Shown here: piece by piece, positions 20,147-30,762 of the stretch
How positions within the stretch are numbered: position 1 is the first letter of the stretch
How the letters are laid out: each line of letters starts with the position of its first letter
Source of the DNA: Gammaproteobacteria bacterium
Lineage (GTDB): Bacteria > Pseudomonadota > Gammaproteobacteria > Pseudomonadales > Pseudohongiellaceae
Direction of reading: 5' to 3'
DNA length: 64,000 nt
Assembly (NCBI GenBank): GCA_019654215.1
Contig: BPDI01000006.1
Location: forward strand, 28,649-92,648
Notes under the pieces: generated by a model
Told to the model about the DNA's origin: nothing
The model's input: the letters and a program-made list of their open reading frames with translations, nothing else
The model's database searches: none
Translations under genes and position numbers: made by a program

Positions 20147-21487
20147 ATGGCTGCCCCTAGAGGAGAGTTTTCATCTAGATTTGGGTTTCTTATGGCAGCA
20201 TCTGGTTCCGCAGTGGGGCTGGGTAACATCTGGGGTTTCCCCACTAACGCCGCTTCCAATGGCGGTGCTGCATTTCTGTTTGTCTATCTTGTGCTCGCCT
20301 TCGCTTTGGCATATCCCGCCTTAATGGCAGAGCTCATTATCGGTCGGCATGCGCGCGCAAACGCTGTGACAGCGCTCCAATCAATTTCTCCCGGCGAGAA
20401 GAGTAAGCTTGCTGCCTTGGCAGTGGGATTCGCTGGCATAATAACCGTTAGTTTTATCTTGAGTTTCTACGCAATTGTCAGCGGTTGGATGATTGCGTTC
20501 TTCTTTGATCCAGTAGCACGAATATTGGGTATGGATAGTGCTGCTCAGTGGCTGACGACCGATGCGGTCTTACGCAACTCCATTTTCGTGGTGATGTTTA
20601 TGACAGTCACCGTCTTTATTATCAATGCTGGAGTGAAGGACGGCATCGAGAAATGGGCTTCTCGTCTAATGCCATCATTAATCGTCATATTAATCCTGCT
20701 TATTATCTATGTTCTGACATTGCCAGGAGCATCAGGTGGTTTGCGTGCATATCTGGTTCCAGATTTTTCGAGAATTGCAGACCCTGCATTGTTAGTTGAT
20801 GCCATGGGGCAGGCTTTCTTTTCTCTGTCATTAGGTGTGGGAACCATGCTTATCTATGGTTCCTATATTAGTAAGAAAGAAAATCTTCCAACCATCGGCG
20901 GGTTGGTAGCCTTACTCGATATTGGCATCGCTGTATTGGCTGGTTTGTTAATACTTCCTGCTATGTATGTAGCTCTAGCCAACGGTGTAGAAATATTCGA
21001 TGCTGAAGGGGGCTTAATTGCGGGACCGGGCTTAATTGTGTCTGTCCTGCCTGCTCTATTTAATACAATGGGTGGGGCAGGCGTATTCGTAGGATTAGCA
21101 TTTTTCTTGTTAATGACAATCGCTTCGCTAACTTCTTCGATTTCTATGTTGGAAGTTCCAGTGGCTTACGGCGTAGAGCATCACAACCTAGAAAGACGCA
21201 AAGCAGCAATTATTATCGGTAGTATCATTACCCTTGTCTCGTTAACAATAGTGTTTAACTTCGACCCAATGTTTGACATGGTAGTTAGTTTTACTACAGA
21301 AGTTAGTCAACCGCTATTAGGGTTTGCGTTCTGTATCTTTGCTGCCTGGATCTGGCGTAGAAACGATATTTTACAGGAGATAAAGCAAGGTGCTCCAGAA
21401 GCAGAACGAGGAATGTTCTGGAAGATCTGGCCTTTCTACGTTAAGTTCATCTGCCCGGTTGCTATTCTGGTTGTTTATTTTCAATAG
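20147..21487 (+). CDS. sodium-dependent transporter, neurotransmitter:sodium symporter (SNF/NSS) family
   Basis: 446 aa, ~11-12 TM helices. N-terminal signature FGFLMAASGSAVGLGNIWGFP. Confidence 0.8.
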   Translation: MAAPRGEFSSRFGFLMAASGSAVGLGNIWGFPTNAASNGGAAFLFVYLVLAFALAYPALMAELIIGRHARANAVTALQSISPGEKSKLAALAVGFAGIITVSFILSFYAIVSGWMIAFFFDPVARILGMDSAAQWLTTDAVLRNSIFVVMFMTVTVFIINAGVKDGIEKWASRLMPSLIVILILLIIYVLTLPGASGGLRAYLVPDFSRIADPALLVDAMGQAFFSLSLGVGTMLIYGSYISKKENLPTIGGLVALLDIGIAVLAGLLILPAMYVALANGVEIFDAEGGLIAGPGLIVSVLPALFNTMGGAGVFVGLAFFLLMTIASLTSSISMLEVPVAYGVEHHNLERRKAAIIIGSIITLVSLTIVFNFDPMFDMVVSFTTEVSQPLLGFAFCIFAAWIWRRNDILQEIKQGAPEAERGMFWKIWPFYVKFICPVAILVVYFQ

Positions 21488-21627
21488 AAGATCTGTTTCT
21501 TCTCGCTTCGCTTTACCCTATTTAATTCGAAATTTCTTCTCTCCAGACGCTGGATGATATCGATGTGCAGATGTGCTAACGTCGAATTTGCGAGATCATA
21601 ATCTTCTATTAGAACAATAATCGAGTA

Positions 21628-22479
21628 TTGCCTATGAATTCTGTGTCAAAACAAAAAACTCAGTTGGCTAGAGACTCCAGAAGGCGGTTTCTGAAAGCAG
21701 CTGCTGCAATTCCCGCAGTTTTGGGCCTAGGAGTTCTGCCAATTAATTCACTTAACGCTCAAACTTCAGTTGCGGACAGTGTTAAAGCTTTAACTTTTGA
21801 TGTATTCGGTACAGTGGTTGATTGGAGAGGATCTATAATTCGTGAAGGTCAATTACTTGGTGCGAGGAAAGGCTACGACATAGATTGGGCTGAATTTGCT
21901 GATCGTTGGAGAGGTGGTTATGGGCCTTCAATGAATCGGGTTAGAACTGGTGAGCTTCCCTGGACAAAAATTGATGATCTGCACAGAATGGTACTGGACG
22001 AATTGGTTGAAGAATTCAACCTGGAAGGATTATCCGAAGAAGAATTAGACCATTTCAATAGAGCCTGGCATAGATTATCACCCTGGCCAGATACAGTCGC
22101 TGGACTAAACAGGCTAAAAACTAAATATATTATCGCAACCCTATCTAACGGCAATGTATCCCTGCTTACTAACATGGCGAAAAATGCGGGTATGCCATGG
22201 GATGCGGTACTTTCAGCAGAGCTGGCAAGGCATTATAAGCCTCATCCTCAGGCTTACTTAACTGCCGCGGATTTACTGGGTCTAGATCCGGAAGAAATTT
22301 TGTTTGTTTCTGCTCATGTCAGTGATTCCCGAGCTTCCGCACAAACAGGCATGAAACAGGCCTATGTGATTAGACCTTTGGAATATGGCCCAGGCCGGCA
22401 AGCGCCTCCCCCTCCAGAAGACGAGTTCGATTACATCGCGACAGACTTTCTGGATCTGGCAAATCAGTTGGGAGCCTAA
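21628..22479 (+). CDS. HAD-superfamily hydrolase, haloacid dehalogenase type II-like, with twin-arginine signal
   Basis: SRRRFLKAAAAIPAVLG is followed by AQ, consistent with a Tat signal. HAD motif I is FDVFGTVVDW. The later ATLSNGN and HYKPHPQAY stretches resemble type II dehalogenase. Confidence 0.65.
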   Translation: MPMNSVSKQKTQLARDSRRRFLKAAAAIPAVLGLGVLPINSLNAQTSVADSVKALTFDVFGTVVDWRGSIIREGQLLGARKGYDIDWAEFADRWRGGYGPSMNRVRTGELPWTKIDDLHRMVLDELVEEFNLEGLSEEELDHFNRAWHRLSPWPDTVAGLNRLKTKYIIATLSNGNVSLLTNMAKNAGMPWDAVLSAELARHYKPHPQAYLTAADLLGLDPEEILFVSAHVSDSRASAQTGMKQAYVIRPLEYGPGRQAPPPPEDEFDYIATDFLDLANQLGA

Positions 22480-22481
22480 GC

Positions 22482-22742
22482 TTGTCAAAGATTGAACTCG
22501 ATCAAGCCGCAGAAGACGAAATCACAAAAAAGATAAAAGACTATTTGTCTGAGGAGCTGAATATTGATATAGGCAGCTTTGATGCACAATATCTTTTAGA
22601 CTTTTTTAGCGAACAAGTAGGCTACCAATACTACAATCAGGGCCTTGCAGATGCGCTTAAAGCATTCGAAGACAAGCTCGAAGAGTTTAATGAATTAATA
22701 TATCAGTTAGAGAAGGATAGCCCCGCCGAAACTCTAAAATAG
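22482..22742 (+). CDS. DUF2164 family protein
   Basis: 86 aa (IKDYLSEELNIDIGSFDAQYLLDFFSEQVGYQYYNQGL), matching my recollection of the DUF2164 signature. It starts 3 nt after the HAD gene. Confidence 0.5.
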   Translation: MSKIELDQAAEDEITKKIKDYLSEELNIDIGSFDAQYLLDFFSEQVGYQYYNQGLADALKAFEDKLEEFNELIYQLEKDSPAETLK

Positions 22743-23039
22743 TTAACTAATGCTTTCTCGAGGGGAGAGACGGTTAAAAAATCCGCTTCCTTCTCCATGA
22801 TTAGGCTCGTAGGTAGTTTCCCCTCGAATTTTGTACCATTCGATTTATGATTAATGTGTATAGGTTGGTTCTCTTCGACTCTTTTTCAGAACCTGAGCTT
22901 CTCTTGGCGAACTCTTTGAACATGCACTTCTGGTCTCGAATTGGGTAATAGCCAGCCGAAATCGGCATTTGTTGACTAATTTCTACATCCATGTGACATT
23001 GCCCGCCTATTTCTAGAGAGTGTGACAGGAAGTAAGTCC

Positions 23040-25217
23040 ATGAATTTTAAATTAATTTATCTAATTCTGAGCCTCGTTCTGATTGTGGCCTGTTCTGAGC
23101 AGGAGGAGCAAACTGCTGCATCTAGCGCCGAAGCAAGTGGGGAACCTGAAGTGGTCGCTAATGAAGAACCGGTAGCTGTTGAAAACCCATTTTTCCAGGA
23201 AAGCCCACTTTATAAGAACTATCCACAATTCGACCTCGTTGCTAACGAACATTATCTACCGGCTTTCGAGCGAGGAATGGAAGAAAATCTTGCTGAGATT
23301 GAGGCTATCGCAAGCCAAAATGAAGAAGCCACATTTGAAAATACAATTATTCAGATGGAACTCTCAGGGGATCTGTTAAATCGAGTCGCAACTGTGTTCT
23401 TTGCCATGTCCAGTGCGCATACTAATGACGATATACAGGAAATAGATCGTCAACTCGCTTCCGAATTAGCTGCTCATCAAGATGCAATTCTTTTGAATCG
23501 AGATCTGTTTGCAAGAATCAATACACTTTATCAACAGCGGGAAGATCTCGGTTTAGAAGCGGAATCGATTCGTTTACTTGAAGACTATTATATTGATTTC
23601 GTTCGCGCTGGTGCTTCTTTAACTGAAGAACGGCAACAACGTATGAAAGAAATTAATGCCCAAATTGCAGTATTAGAAACTGAGTTCAGCCAAAACATTC
23701 TCAGTGAAGTTAATGATCTGGCCATTGTCGTTAATAGTAGTGAAGAATTAACCGGACTAAGCGACGCGCGAATTGAAGCAGCAGCGGAAGCAGCCCAAGC
23801 ACGAGGGCTCGATAGGCAGTTTGTGATTCCACTTTTAAACACTAGTGGGCAACCGTCACTGGCTAATTTGCAGAATCGTTCATTAAGAGAACGAATTCAT
23901 ACAACTTCCTTATCGAGAGGAAGTCGCGGAGGTGATTTTGATAACCGCCAGCTGCTTTCTGATGTCATTCGATTACGAGCAGAACGTGCGCAATTGCTGG
24001 GTTATTCCAATCATGCTGAATACATTCTGGAACAACAGACAGCGCAAACAGTAGAAGCTGTTAATCAGCGTCTCGCCGAATTAGCACCTCCAGCAGTTGC
24101 TAATGCAACTAGGGAGACGGCTGATTTGCAACAGATGATTATCGATGATGATCAAGATTTTATTCTGGCTTCATGGGACTGGGATTTCTATACCGAACGA
24201 CTTCGTGCAGCGCGGTTTGATTTTGATGAAAGCCAATTACGCCCTTATTTTGAATTAGATAATGTCCTACAGCGCGGCGTGTTCTATGCTGCAGAGCGCT
24301 TGTTTGGGATTACCTTTCAGGAACGCACTGATCTTCCTGTTTATCAGGAAGACGTAAGAGTGTTTGAAGTATTCGAAGCAGATGGAGAAGCCCTGGCGAT
24401 ATTTATCGGTGATTTTTATGCTCGACCAAGTAAGCGGGGTGGGGCATGGATGAATGCTTATATTTCGCAGAGTGGTTTGCAAGGTACTCAACCTATTGTT
24501 GCTAACCATCAGAACATCACTAAACCACCGGAAGGTGAACCAACGTTAATGACCTTTGATGAAGTGACTACCATGTTTCATGAGTTTGGCCACGCTTTGC
24601 ATGGCATGTTCTCAAATGTTGAATATCCTTCTTTTGCAGGTACTCGAGTGCCAAGAGATTTTGTTGAATATCCAAGTCAGGTGAATGAAATGTGGGCTAC
24701 CTGGCCAGAAGTTTTAGAAAACTATGCTGTGCATTATGAAACCGGTGAGCCAATGCCGATTGAGCTACTGGATAAGGTTTTATCTACCCAGACCTTTAAT
24801 CAGGGATTTGCAACAACAGAATACTTGGCCGCCTCAATTGTTGATCAGGCCTTGCATCAATTAAGGCCAGAAGAGGTGCCGCCTGCTGCTGAAATTATGG
24901 ATTTTGAGACTGCTGCACTTGAGGCTGCGGGTATCGCAATGAAGGAAGTGCCACCGCGTTATAGGGCCACCTACTTTAACCACATCATGGGTGGGTATTC
25001 CGCCGGATATTACTCTTATATCTGGAGCGAGGTGTTGGATGCGGATACCGTTGAGTGGTTCAAAGAAAATGATGGCCTGTTAAGAGAGAATGGCGAACAT
25101 TTTCGTGCCACCCTTCTCTCACGCGGTGGCAGCGAAGACGCCATGCAGCTGTTTAGAAATTTTCGTGGCAGGGATGCGGAAATTGGACCACTATTAGTTC
25201 GTAGAGGACTAAATTAA
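23040..25217 (+). CDS. dcp: M3-family peptidyl-dipeptidase Dcp (lipoprotein signal)
   Basis: ORF 23022-25217. The likely start is the Met at 23040 (MNFKLIYLILSLVLIVACS lipobox). The zinc motif is HEFGHALH, and the protein resembles Dcp/oligopeptidase A along its full length. Confidence 0.85.
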   Translation: MNFKLIYLILSLVLIVACSEQEEQTAASSAEASGEPEVVANEEPVAVENPFFQESPLYKNYPQFDLVANEHYLPAFERGMEENLAEIEAIASQNEEATFENTIIQMELSGDLLNRVATVFFAMSSAHTNDDIQEIDRQLASELAAHQDAILLNRDLFARINTLYQQREDLGLEAESIRLLEDYYIDFVRAGASLTEERQQRMKEINAQIAVLETEFSQNILSEVNDLAIVVNSSEELTGLSDARIEAAAEAAQARGLDRQFVIPLLNTSGQPSLANLQNRSLRERIHTTSLSRGSRGGDFDNRQLLSDVIRLRAERAQLLGYSNHAEYILEQQTAQTVEAVNQRLAELAPPAVANATRETADLQQMIIDDDQDFILASWDWDFYTERLRAARFDFDESQLRPYFELDNVLQRGVFYAAERLFGITFQERTDLPVYQEDVRVFEVFEADGEALAIFIGDFYARPSKRGGAWMNAYISQSGLQGTQPIVANHQNITKPPEGEPTLMTFDEVTTMFHEFGHALHGMFSNVEYPSFAGTRVPRDFVEYPSQVNEMWATWPEVLENYAVHYETGEPMPIELLDKVLSTQTFNQGFATTEYLAASIVDQALHQLRPEEVPPAAEIMDFETAALEAAGIAMKEVPPRYRATYFNHIMGGYSAGYYSYIWSEVLDADTVEWFKENDGLLRENGEHFRATLLSRGGSEDAMQLFRNFRGRDAEIGPLLVRRGLN

Positions 25218-25229
25218 TCAACAAATCAG

Positions 25230-26276
25230 TTAACCAGTATGCTGCATTGATGCAGTATGCTGGCCACAGAGACTTAAAGTTAATTGGCTTAATTCATCCC
25301 AAGGATTGAGAGAAGACATACCTTTAATTGCCTGATCGATTAATCGAGAGTGATCTAACAAGCGCCAAACATCATTGACAGTTAATCTTTGTATTGCGGC
25401 TCCAACCGCTTGCTTCCTATTGAACCAGACATGGTGTGCCTGCATTATCCCATTAACTCCTTGTCCTTGCTGGCATTTCTCAATCATCGGTACCAACAAG
25501 CGCAACTCACGAGTAATCGCGCCTAAAATCAGCAAGGGAAAGATCCCTTCTTCCTTTAATCCTATTAATATTTTCTCACAGCGAATTTCATCACCGACCA
25601 GCGCCGCATCAACCAGGTTATACACGTTGTAACGGGAACTGTCGGCGATCACTTGCATGACAGTTTTCGAATCGAGATTAATTGTCGTACCAGAATCTTC
25701 ATTAGCAAGTAATTTTAGTTTTTCAATTTCCTGTATTGCTGCTAGTAGATTGCCTTCGACCTTATCACTCAAAAGCTGCATTGCGGCACCATCGGCACTG
25801 ATGCCTTCTCTTAATAATCTCTTTGAAAGCCAGCTGGCGAGATTGTCTTTATTTATCGGCCATATCTGCACCAATGCAATCTTAGGTTCGATTGCCTTGA
25901 ACCATTTTGTATTCATAAGACCGGCTTCGAGTTTTGGACTAATTATTAACAAGGCATTATCCGGATTGGCTTCATCTATGAATTCTTTTAGTGCCTGTTT
26001 GCCACTCTCATCTAGTTTGGAGCTACTAAGTCTCAGGTCAAAAACTTTTTTCTCAGCGAATAGGGAAAGATTACTGGCGGATTGGGTAAAGTTTTCCCAT
26101 TGAAACCCGCGCTCGATATAAAAAACTTCTCGCTCCGTGAAACCACCGTCGCGGCAGTGCTGGCGAATTGCATCTGCAGTTTCTTGAAGCAACAAGGGTT
26201 CATCACCGGCAAGCCAATAGATAAGATAGGAGTTAGATTTTAAAGTGCGGGGAAGCTGTTCGGCTTTAAGCTTCAT
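25230..26276 (-). CDS. holA: DNA polymerase III subunit delta
   Basis: 348 aa (YLIYWLAGDEPLLLQE...). Sits in the conserved leuS-lptE-holA order. Confidence 0.8.
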   Translation of the reverse strand: MKLKAEQLPRTLKSNSYLIYWLAGDEPLLLQETADAIRQHCRDGGFTEREVFYIERGFQWENFTQSASNLSLFAEKKVFDLRLSSSKLDESGKQALKEFIDEANPDNALLIISPKLEAGLMNTKWFKAIEPKIALVQIWPINKDNLASWLSKRLLREGISADGAAMQLLSDKVEGNLLAAIQEIEKLKLLANEDSGTTINLDSKTVMQVIADSSRYNVYNLVDAALVGDEIRCEKILIGLKEEGIFPLLILGAITRELRLLVPMIEKCQQGQGVNGIMQAHHVWFNRKQAVGAAIQRLTVNDVWRLLDHSRLIDQAIKGMSSLNPWDELSQLTLSLCGQHTASMQHTG

Positions 26277-26277
26277 G

Positions 26278-26793
26278 TTAGCTTTCGACTGCCTCTAGAC
26301 GGCGCATTATCTGATTGACTAATTCCCGACGCATTTCCTGAGTAATAATTTCAACTTCTTCGCGATTACCGGCAATGTTTTCGATATCTTCGAAGTAGGT
26401 GCGATCGATGAAGAGGGTTTCAGGTTCAATTAATAGTCTATTGCTTTGTCCCAGTGCAATGGTAATAGATAAGCGCATTTCGTATTGGGCCGCACGAGCA
26501 CGAGGATTAACCGTTACCGGTCTTGCGCTAATTTGCTCATCGCCAAGGGTGAGCACTGGAATTGTAGAAGCTAGAATTTCTTCTTCAGTCCCTGTGATTA
26601 ACTCAATGGAAACGTCCGCAACTTCGAGACCAGGGCGTAATAATCGAGAAAATTCACTGTTAGGCTGGGAGAGATTTAATTGCAGACTGTCGAATCGCGC
26701 ATTTATTGCATCACCGCCACGCAATGAGTAGCCACAGCTGATTAAAGTACTCGAAAGTAACAACAACAGAAGGAGTCTTATACAGTTAGCCAT
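26278..26793 (-). CDS. lptE: LPS-assembly lipoprotein LptE
   Basis: 171 aa with lipobox LISCG followed by YSLRG. Positioned between leuS and holA. Confidence 0.7.
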   Translation of the reverse strand: MANCIRLLLLLLLSSTLISCGYSLRGGDAINARFDSLQLNLSQPNSEFSRLLRPGLEVADVSIELITGTEEEILASTIPVLTLGDEQISARPVTVNPRARAAQYEMRLSITIALGQSNRLLIEPETLFIDRTYFEDIENIAGNREEVEIITQEMRRELVNQIMRRLEAVES

Positions 26794-26798
26794 GAGTG

Positions 26799-29279
26799 CT
26801 AACCTACTACGACATTAACCAAACGGCCAGGAACTACGATCACTTTTCGCACAGTTTTGCCATCGCTGAAGCGTTTAACTGCATCATTTTCAAGGGCATT
26901 TCGCTCCAAGTCTTCTTTAGACATATTTTTTGGAACTTCAATCTTATCCCTCAGCTTTCCATTTACCTGTAATACGATAAGTATAGAATCCTGTATCAAG
27001 GCAGACTCATCCACTTCAGGCCAGGAGGCATCCATTACTGCGCCTTCATGGCCCAGGTGATCCCAGAGGGCGTGACAGAAATGCGGAACAATTGGAGCCA
27101 ACATGAGAATTACAGATTCCAATGCTTCCTGTATAACTGCCTGATCTGTTTCGGAAACATTAAATTCAAGGAATTTTGTTGTTGCGTTCAACAATTCCAT
27201 ACTAGCCGCGATCGCCGTGTTGAAAGTTTGCCGGCGACCAAAATCGTCAGTAACTTTTTGCAAGGTTTGATGGGTCTTTAATCGTAATTTTTTCTGTTTA
27301 GCGGTGAGTTCCGTGTCGACAAAATTTGGAACTGGAACCGCTCGGTGACTAGCGACGATCTTCCAAAGCCGCTTTAAGAATCGATAGCTGCCTTCCACGC
27401 CCGAGTCAGACCAATCTAGAGATTGGTCCGGTGGAGACGCGAATAGAGTGAACATTCTTACGGTGTCAGCACCATACTTTTCGATTAAGCCTAAAGGATC
27501 TACTGTATTTCCTTTTGACTTGGACATCTTGCTACCTTCATTAAGAACCATTCCCTGGGTTAACAGGCGAGTGAAAGGTTCGTCTGAATTAACCAAGCCT
27601 TCGTTGCGCATTAGCTTGTGATAAAAACGCGCATATAAAAGATGCAAAATTGCATGTTCGATTCCACCGATATACTGATCTACCGGTAGCCAGTAGTCGG
27701 CCCGTTCGTCCAGCATCTTGCTATCCTCATCGGGGCAGGCGAAGCGGGCGTAATACCAAGAGGATTCCATGAAAGTGTCAAAAGTGTCAGTTTCTCTTCG
27801 GGCCTTGCCTTGGCACTTGGGGCAATCGACTTCATAAAACTCTGGCATTTTTGTTAATGGTGAGCCGCTATCATCGAATTCAATATCTTCAGGCAATAAT
27901 ACTGGAAGATCTCCTTCCGGCACTGGAACCGAGCCACAGCTTTCGCAATTAATCATGGGGATGGGCGCACCCCAATATCTTTGTCGGGAAACACCCCAAT
28001 CGCGCAGACGATAGTTAATAGTCTTTTCACCTTTTCCTTGTTTGTTAAGGAATTCGGCGATAGCGTCAAATGCTTCTTTAAATTTCATGCCATCGAATTG
28101 ATCTGAATTAATCACTCGCCCTTTATCAACGTAGGCGCGTTCATCTAGATTACATACGGAATCACCTGAAGTGGGTTCAATAACCTGTTTAATAGGGAGC
28201 TTATATTTTTTAGCGAACTCCCAATCTCGCTGATCATGACCAGGCACAGCCATAACTGCGCCAGAGCCGTAACTCATTAAAACGAAGTTTGCGACAAAAA
28301 TCGGAACCTGCTCTTGGCTTATCGGATGAATTGCCTTCAAGCCGGTATCAATTCCCAATTTTTCCAGAGTGGCTAGTTCCGCTTCTGCAACCTTTGTATT
28401 GTTTTGTTCTTCCACAAAGGCTGCTAATTCAGAATTGGCAGCAGCAGCCTTAATTGCTAACGGATGTTGAGGAGCAACAGCTAGATAGGTGACACCAAGT
28501 AATGTGTCGGGACGGGTGGTATACACCGATAAAGTTCGTAAGGATTCGTTTTCCTCGTCCGCTACTTCGAAATCCAGGGTTATACCTTCGGAGCGGCCAA
28601 TCCAATTGATCTGCATGGTACGAACTTTTTCTGGCCAGCCATTGAGATTTTCCAGATCATCCAAAAGCTCTTGGGAAAATGCGGTTATCTTAACAAACCA
28701 TTGTGGAATACTGCGCCGTTCTACTACCGCCCCGGAGCGCCAGCCACGACCATCTACGACTTGTTCGTTTGCTAAAACGGTCTGATCTACTGGATCCCAG
28801 TTAACTTCCGCTTCTTTCTTATAAACCAAGCCTTTTTCGAATAACTTGGTAAAAAACCATTGTTCCCAGCGATAGTAGTCTCTATGACAGGTGGCCAATT
28901 CCCGCGACCAGTCATAGGCGTATCCCAGTTTCTGTAATTGCTCCCGCATGTAATCGATGTTGCCGTAGGTCCATTTTGCGGGGGCCGTTTTGTTCTGCAT
29001 GGCAGCATTTTCGGCGGGTAAGCCGAAAGCATCCCAACCCATCGGTTGCAGTACGTTTTTTCCTTGCATTCGCTGATAGCGTGAAATGGCATCGCCAATG
29101 GCGTAATTCCTAACATGACCCATGTGCAGGTGGCCGCTGGGATAAGGAAACATAGACAGGCAATAGAATTTTTCCTTGCTTGGATCTTCTTCTACGCGAA
29201 AGCTGTTGTGCTCGTTCCAATAGGATTGAGCTGCGGCTTCAATGGTTTGCGGATCATATTGGATATTGTTACTACTCAT
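26799..29279 (-). CDS. leuS: leucine--tRNA ligase
   Basis: 826 aa, intact. HIGH-type motif ([11 protein letters not shown]) and KMSKS are present. Confidence 0.95.
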   Translation of the reverse strand: MSSNNIQYDPQTIEAAAQSYWNEHNSFRVEEDPSKEKFYCLSMFPYPSGHLHMGHVRNYAIGDAISRYQRMQGKNVLQPMGWDAFGLPAENAAMQNKTAPAKWTYGNIDYMREQLQKLGYAYDWSRELATCHRDYYRWEQWFFTKLFEKGLVYKKEAEVNWDPVDQTVLANEQVVDGRGWRSGAVVERRSIPQWFVKITAFSQELLDDLENLNGWPEKVRTMQINWIGRSEGITLDFEVADEENESLRTLSVYTTRPDTLLGVTYLAVAPQHPLAIKAAAANSELAAFVEEQNNTKVAEAELATLEKLGIDTGLKAIHPISQEQVPIFVANFVLMSYGSGAVMAVPGHDQRDWEFAKKYKLPIKQVIEPTSGDSVCNLDERAYVDKGRVINSDQFDGMKFKEAFDAIAEFLNKQGKGEKTINYRLRDWGVSRQRYWGAPIPMINCESCGSVPVPEGDLPVLLPEDIEFDDSGSPLTKMPEFYEVDCPKCQGKARRETDTFDTFMESSWYYARFACPDEDSKMLDERADYWLPVDQYIGGIEHAILHLLYARFYHKLMRNEGLVNSDEPFTRLLTQGMVLNEGSKMSKSKGNTVDPLGLIEKYGADTVRMFTLFASPPDQSLDWSDSGVEGSYRFLKRLWKIVASHRAVPVPNFVDTELTAKQKKLRLKTHQTLQKVTDDFGRRQTFNTAIAASMELLNATTKFLEFNVSETDQAVIQEALESVILMLAPIVPHFCHALWDHLGHEGAVMDASWPEVDESALIQDSILIVLQVNGKLRDKIEVPKNMSKEDLERNALENDAVKRFSDGKTVRKVIVVPGRLVNVVVG

Positions 29280-29390
29280 TTCTTCTTATTACGAAAAACT
29301 CTTCCACTACTAATTTGCAAAAACTCGCAAGCATACCCTAGGGCGGGTCCTTCAGGTAGGGCTTGCGGCAAAAATAAGCTATATAGAAAG

Positions 29391-30254
29391 TCACTGCTTC
29401 TTTTTTATATCCACCAGAGTCGATGTCACTTTAATCAGCTTAATCTGCCGACTGTCGGCATTAAGAATAGTGACCAGGAAGGGACCAATATTTACGGTTT
29501 CACCACGTTCCGGTATATAGCCGAATTGCTGCAGAACTAGCCCGCCAATGGTAGTGCACTCCTGGTCACTGAATTCTGTCTCGAAATAATCATTGAACTC
29601 ATCCAATGGAGCATGCGCTTTAACGACATGGTTCTCTTCGTCAAATTGCTTAATGAAGTCATCATTGTCGACATCAGTTTCGTCTTCAATTTCACCGACG
29701 ATCTGCTCCAGCACATCTTCAATTGTAACTACACCGCAAACACTGCCGTATTCGTCAATTACAATCGCCATGTGCTGACGCGTTTCTCTAAATTCTTTCA
29801 ATAAGACGTTTAGTCGTTTGCTCTCAGGAACAAAGGTAGCAGGTCGCACTAAATCTTTAATGTCTAGTTTCTCAGTATTGCCATTTAATATGAGTGGCAA
29901 CAAATCTTTTGCTAATAAAATTCCTAATACATTATCTACATTTTCACCAATAATAGGAAAACGGGAATGAGATGCTTTTGATACCAGGTCAATGATCTCG
30001 TTTGGTGAAAGGCTCGCAGGAACGGTAACAACTTGTGAGCGGGGGATCATTATATCCCGCACTTGCATACTGGATACTTGCAGGGCGCCTTCGATGATAC
30101 TTAAGGCATAAGCATCGAGTACCTGGTCTTGTTCGGCGTTTCGCAGAACCTCAAGAAGGCTCTTTGTATCGGTGGGTTCGTCCGAAAATACCTGTGCAAT
30201 TTTATCGATCCAAGATTTCGGTCCCGGATCGATGCTAGATTGGTCGTCAGTCAT
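29391..30254 (-). CDS. corC: CBS-domain Mg2+/Co2+ efflux-associated protein CorC/YbeX
   Basis: 287 aa with a CBS pair plus the CorC_HlyC C-terminal domain. Synteny with ybeY-phoH-miaB supports the call. Confidence 0.85.
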   Translation of the reverse strand: MTDDQSSIDPGPKSWIDKIAQVFSDEPTDTKSLLEVLRNAEQDQVLDAYALSIIEGALQVSSMQVRDIMIPRSQVVTVPASLSPNEIIDLVSKASHSRFPIIGENVDNVLGILLAKDLLPLILNGNTEKLDIKDLVRPATFVPESKRLNVLLKEFRETRQHMAIVIDEYGSVCGVVTIEDVLEQIVGEIEDETDVDNDDFIKQFDEENHVVKAHAPLDEFNDYFETEFSDQECTTIGGLVLQQFGYIPERGETVNIGPFLVTILNADSRQIKLIKVTSTLVDIKKKQ

Positions 30255-30294
30255 GCGCTGGCTTCTCGTACTCTCCTGAGTTTTTCGCTTAGGA

Positions 30295-30762
30295 TTACCC
30301 TATCAAATAAGGGTTGGGGAATCCAAGATTTTCAAGGGTATTCACCTCATGGGTTTCCATGAGTTCTGTTTCGGATTCATTGGAATGATCGAATCCGCTT
30401 AGATGTAAGGCACCATGTATTAAACATGTGGGCCCAGTGCGCTTCTAATTGTTTGCCCTGTTCCTTAGCCTCGCATTCGACTACCTGCGGGCAAATGACT
30501 ATGTCGCCTAAGGGACGATATTGCAGTGTTTCAGACAACTTATGGGGGAAAATTGGCCGGGAATGAAAGCACATTAGTCGTTTGTCTTTACCCCTATAAT
30601 TTTTATTCAGTTCTCCTGCTTCTTCTGGTTCTACAAAGCGCAAGCAGACGCTGAAATCGCAGTCCATCGCAATATCATTAAGTGCTGCATTAATCCAGCG
30701 TTTACAGTCTTCTAATGGGGGAGTCCAAGTAGAATTCAGTTGTTGCTAAACTCAATTGTCAC
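30295..30762 (-). pseudogene. ybeY: rRNA maturation endoribonuclease YbeY (about 2 frame breaks)
   Basis: A GTG overlaps the phoH stop (GTGA). ORF 30377-30667 gives ...NKNYRGKDK...LGDIVICPQVV..EAKEQGK.LEAHWAHM. The shifted frame continues HGALHLSGFDHSNESETELMETHEVNTLENLGFPNPYLIG (the HxxxHxxGxxH zinc motif), with the stop at 30295-30297. Confidence 0.8.

Noticed and set aside
22801-22992. 63-aa minus-strand ORF between DUF2164 and dcp
   Set aside because: It has no RBS, no recognisable motif and ordinary intergenic composition. It is likely a chance ORF.
25375-29540. Multiple + strand ORFs (up to 148 aa) inside holA, lptE and leuS
   Set aside because: All are nested antisense to long, intact, motif-bearing minus-strand genes. 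They have Ser/Leu/Arg-rich shadow-frame composition.
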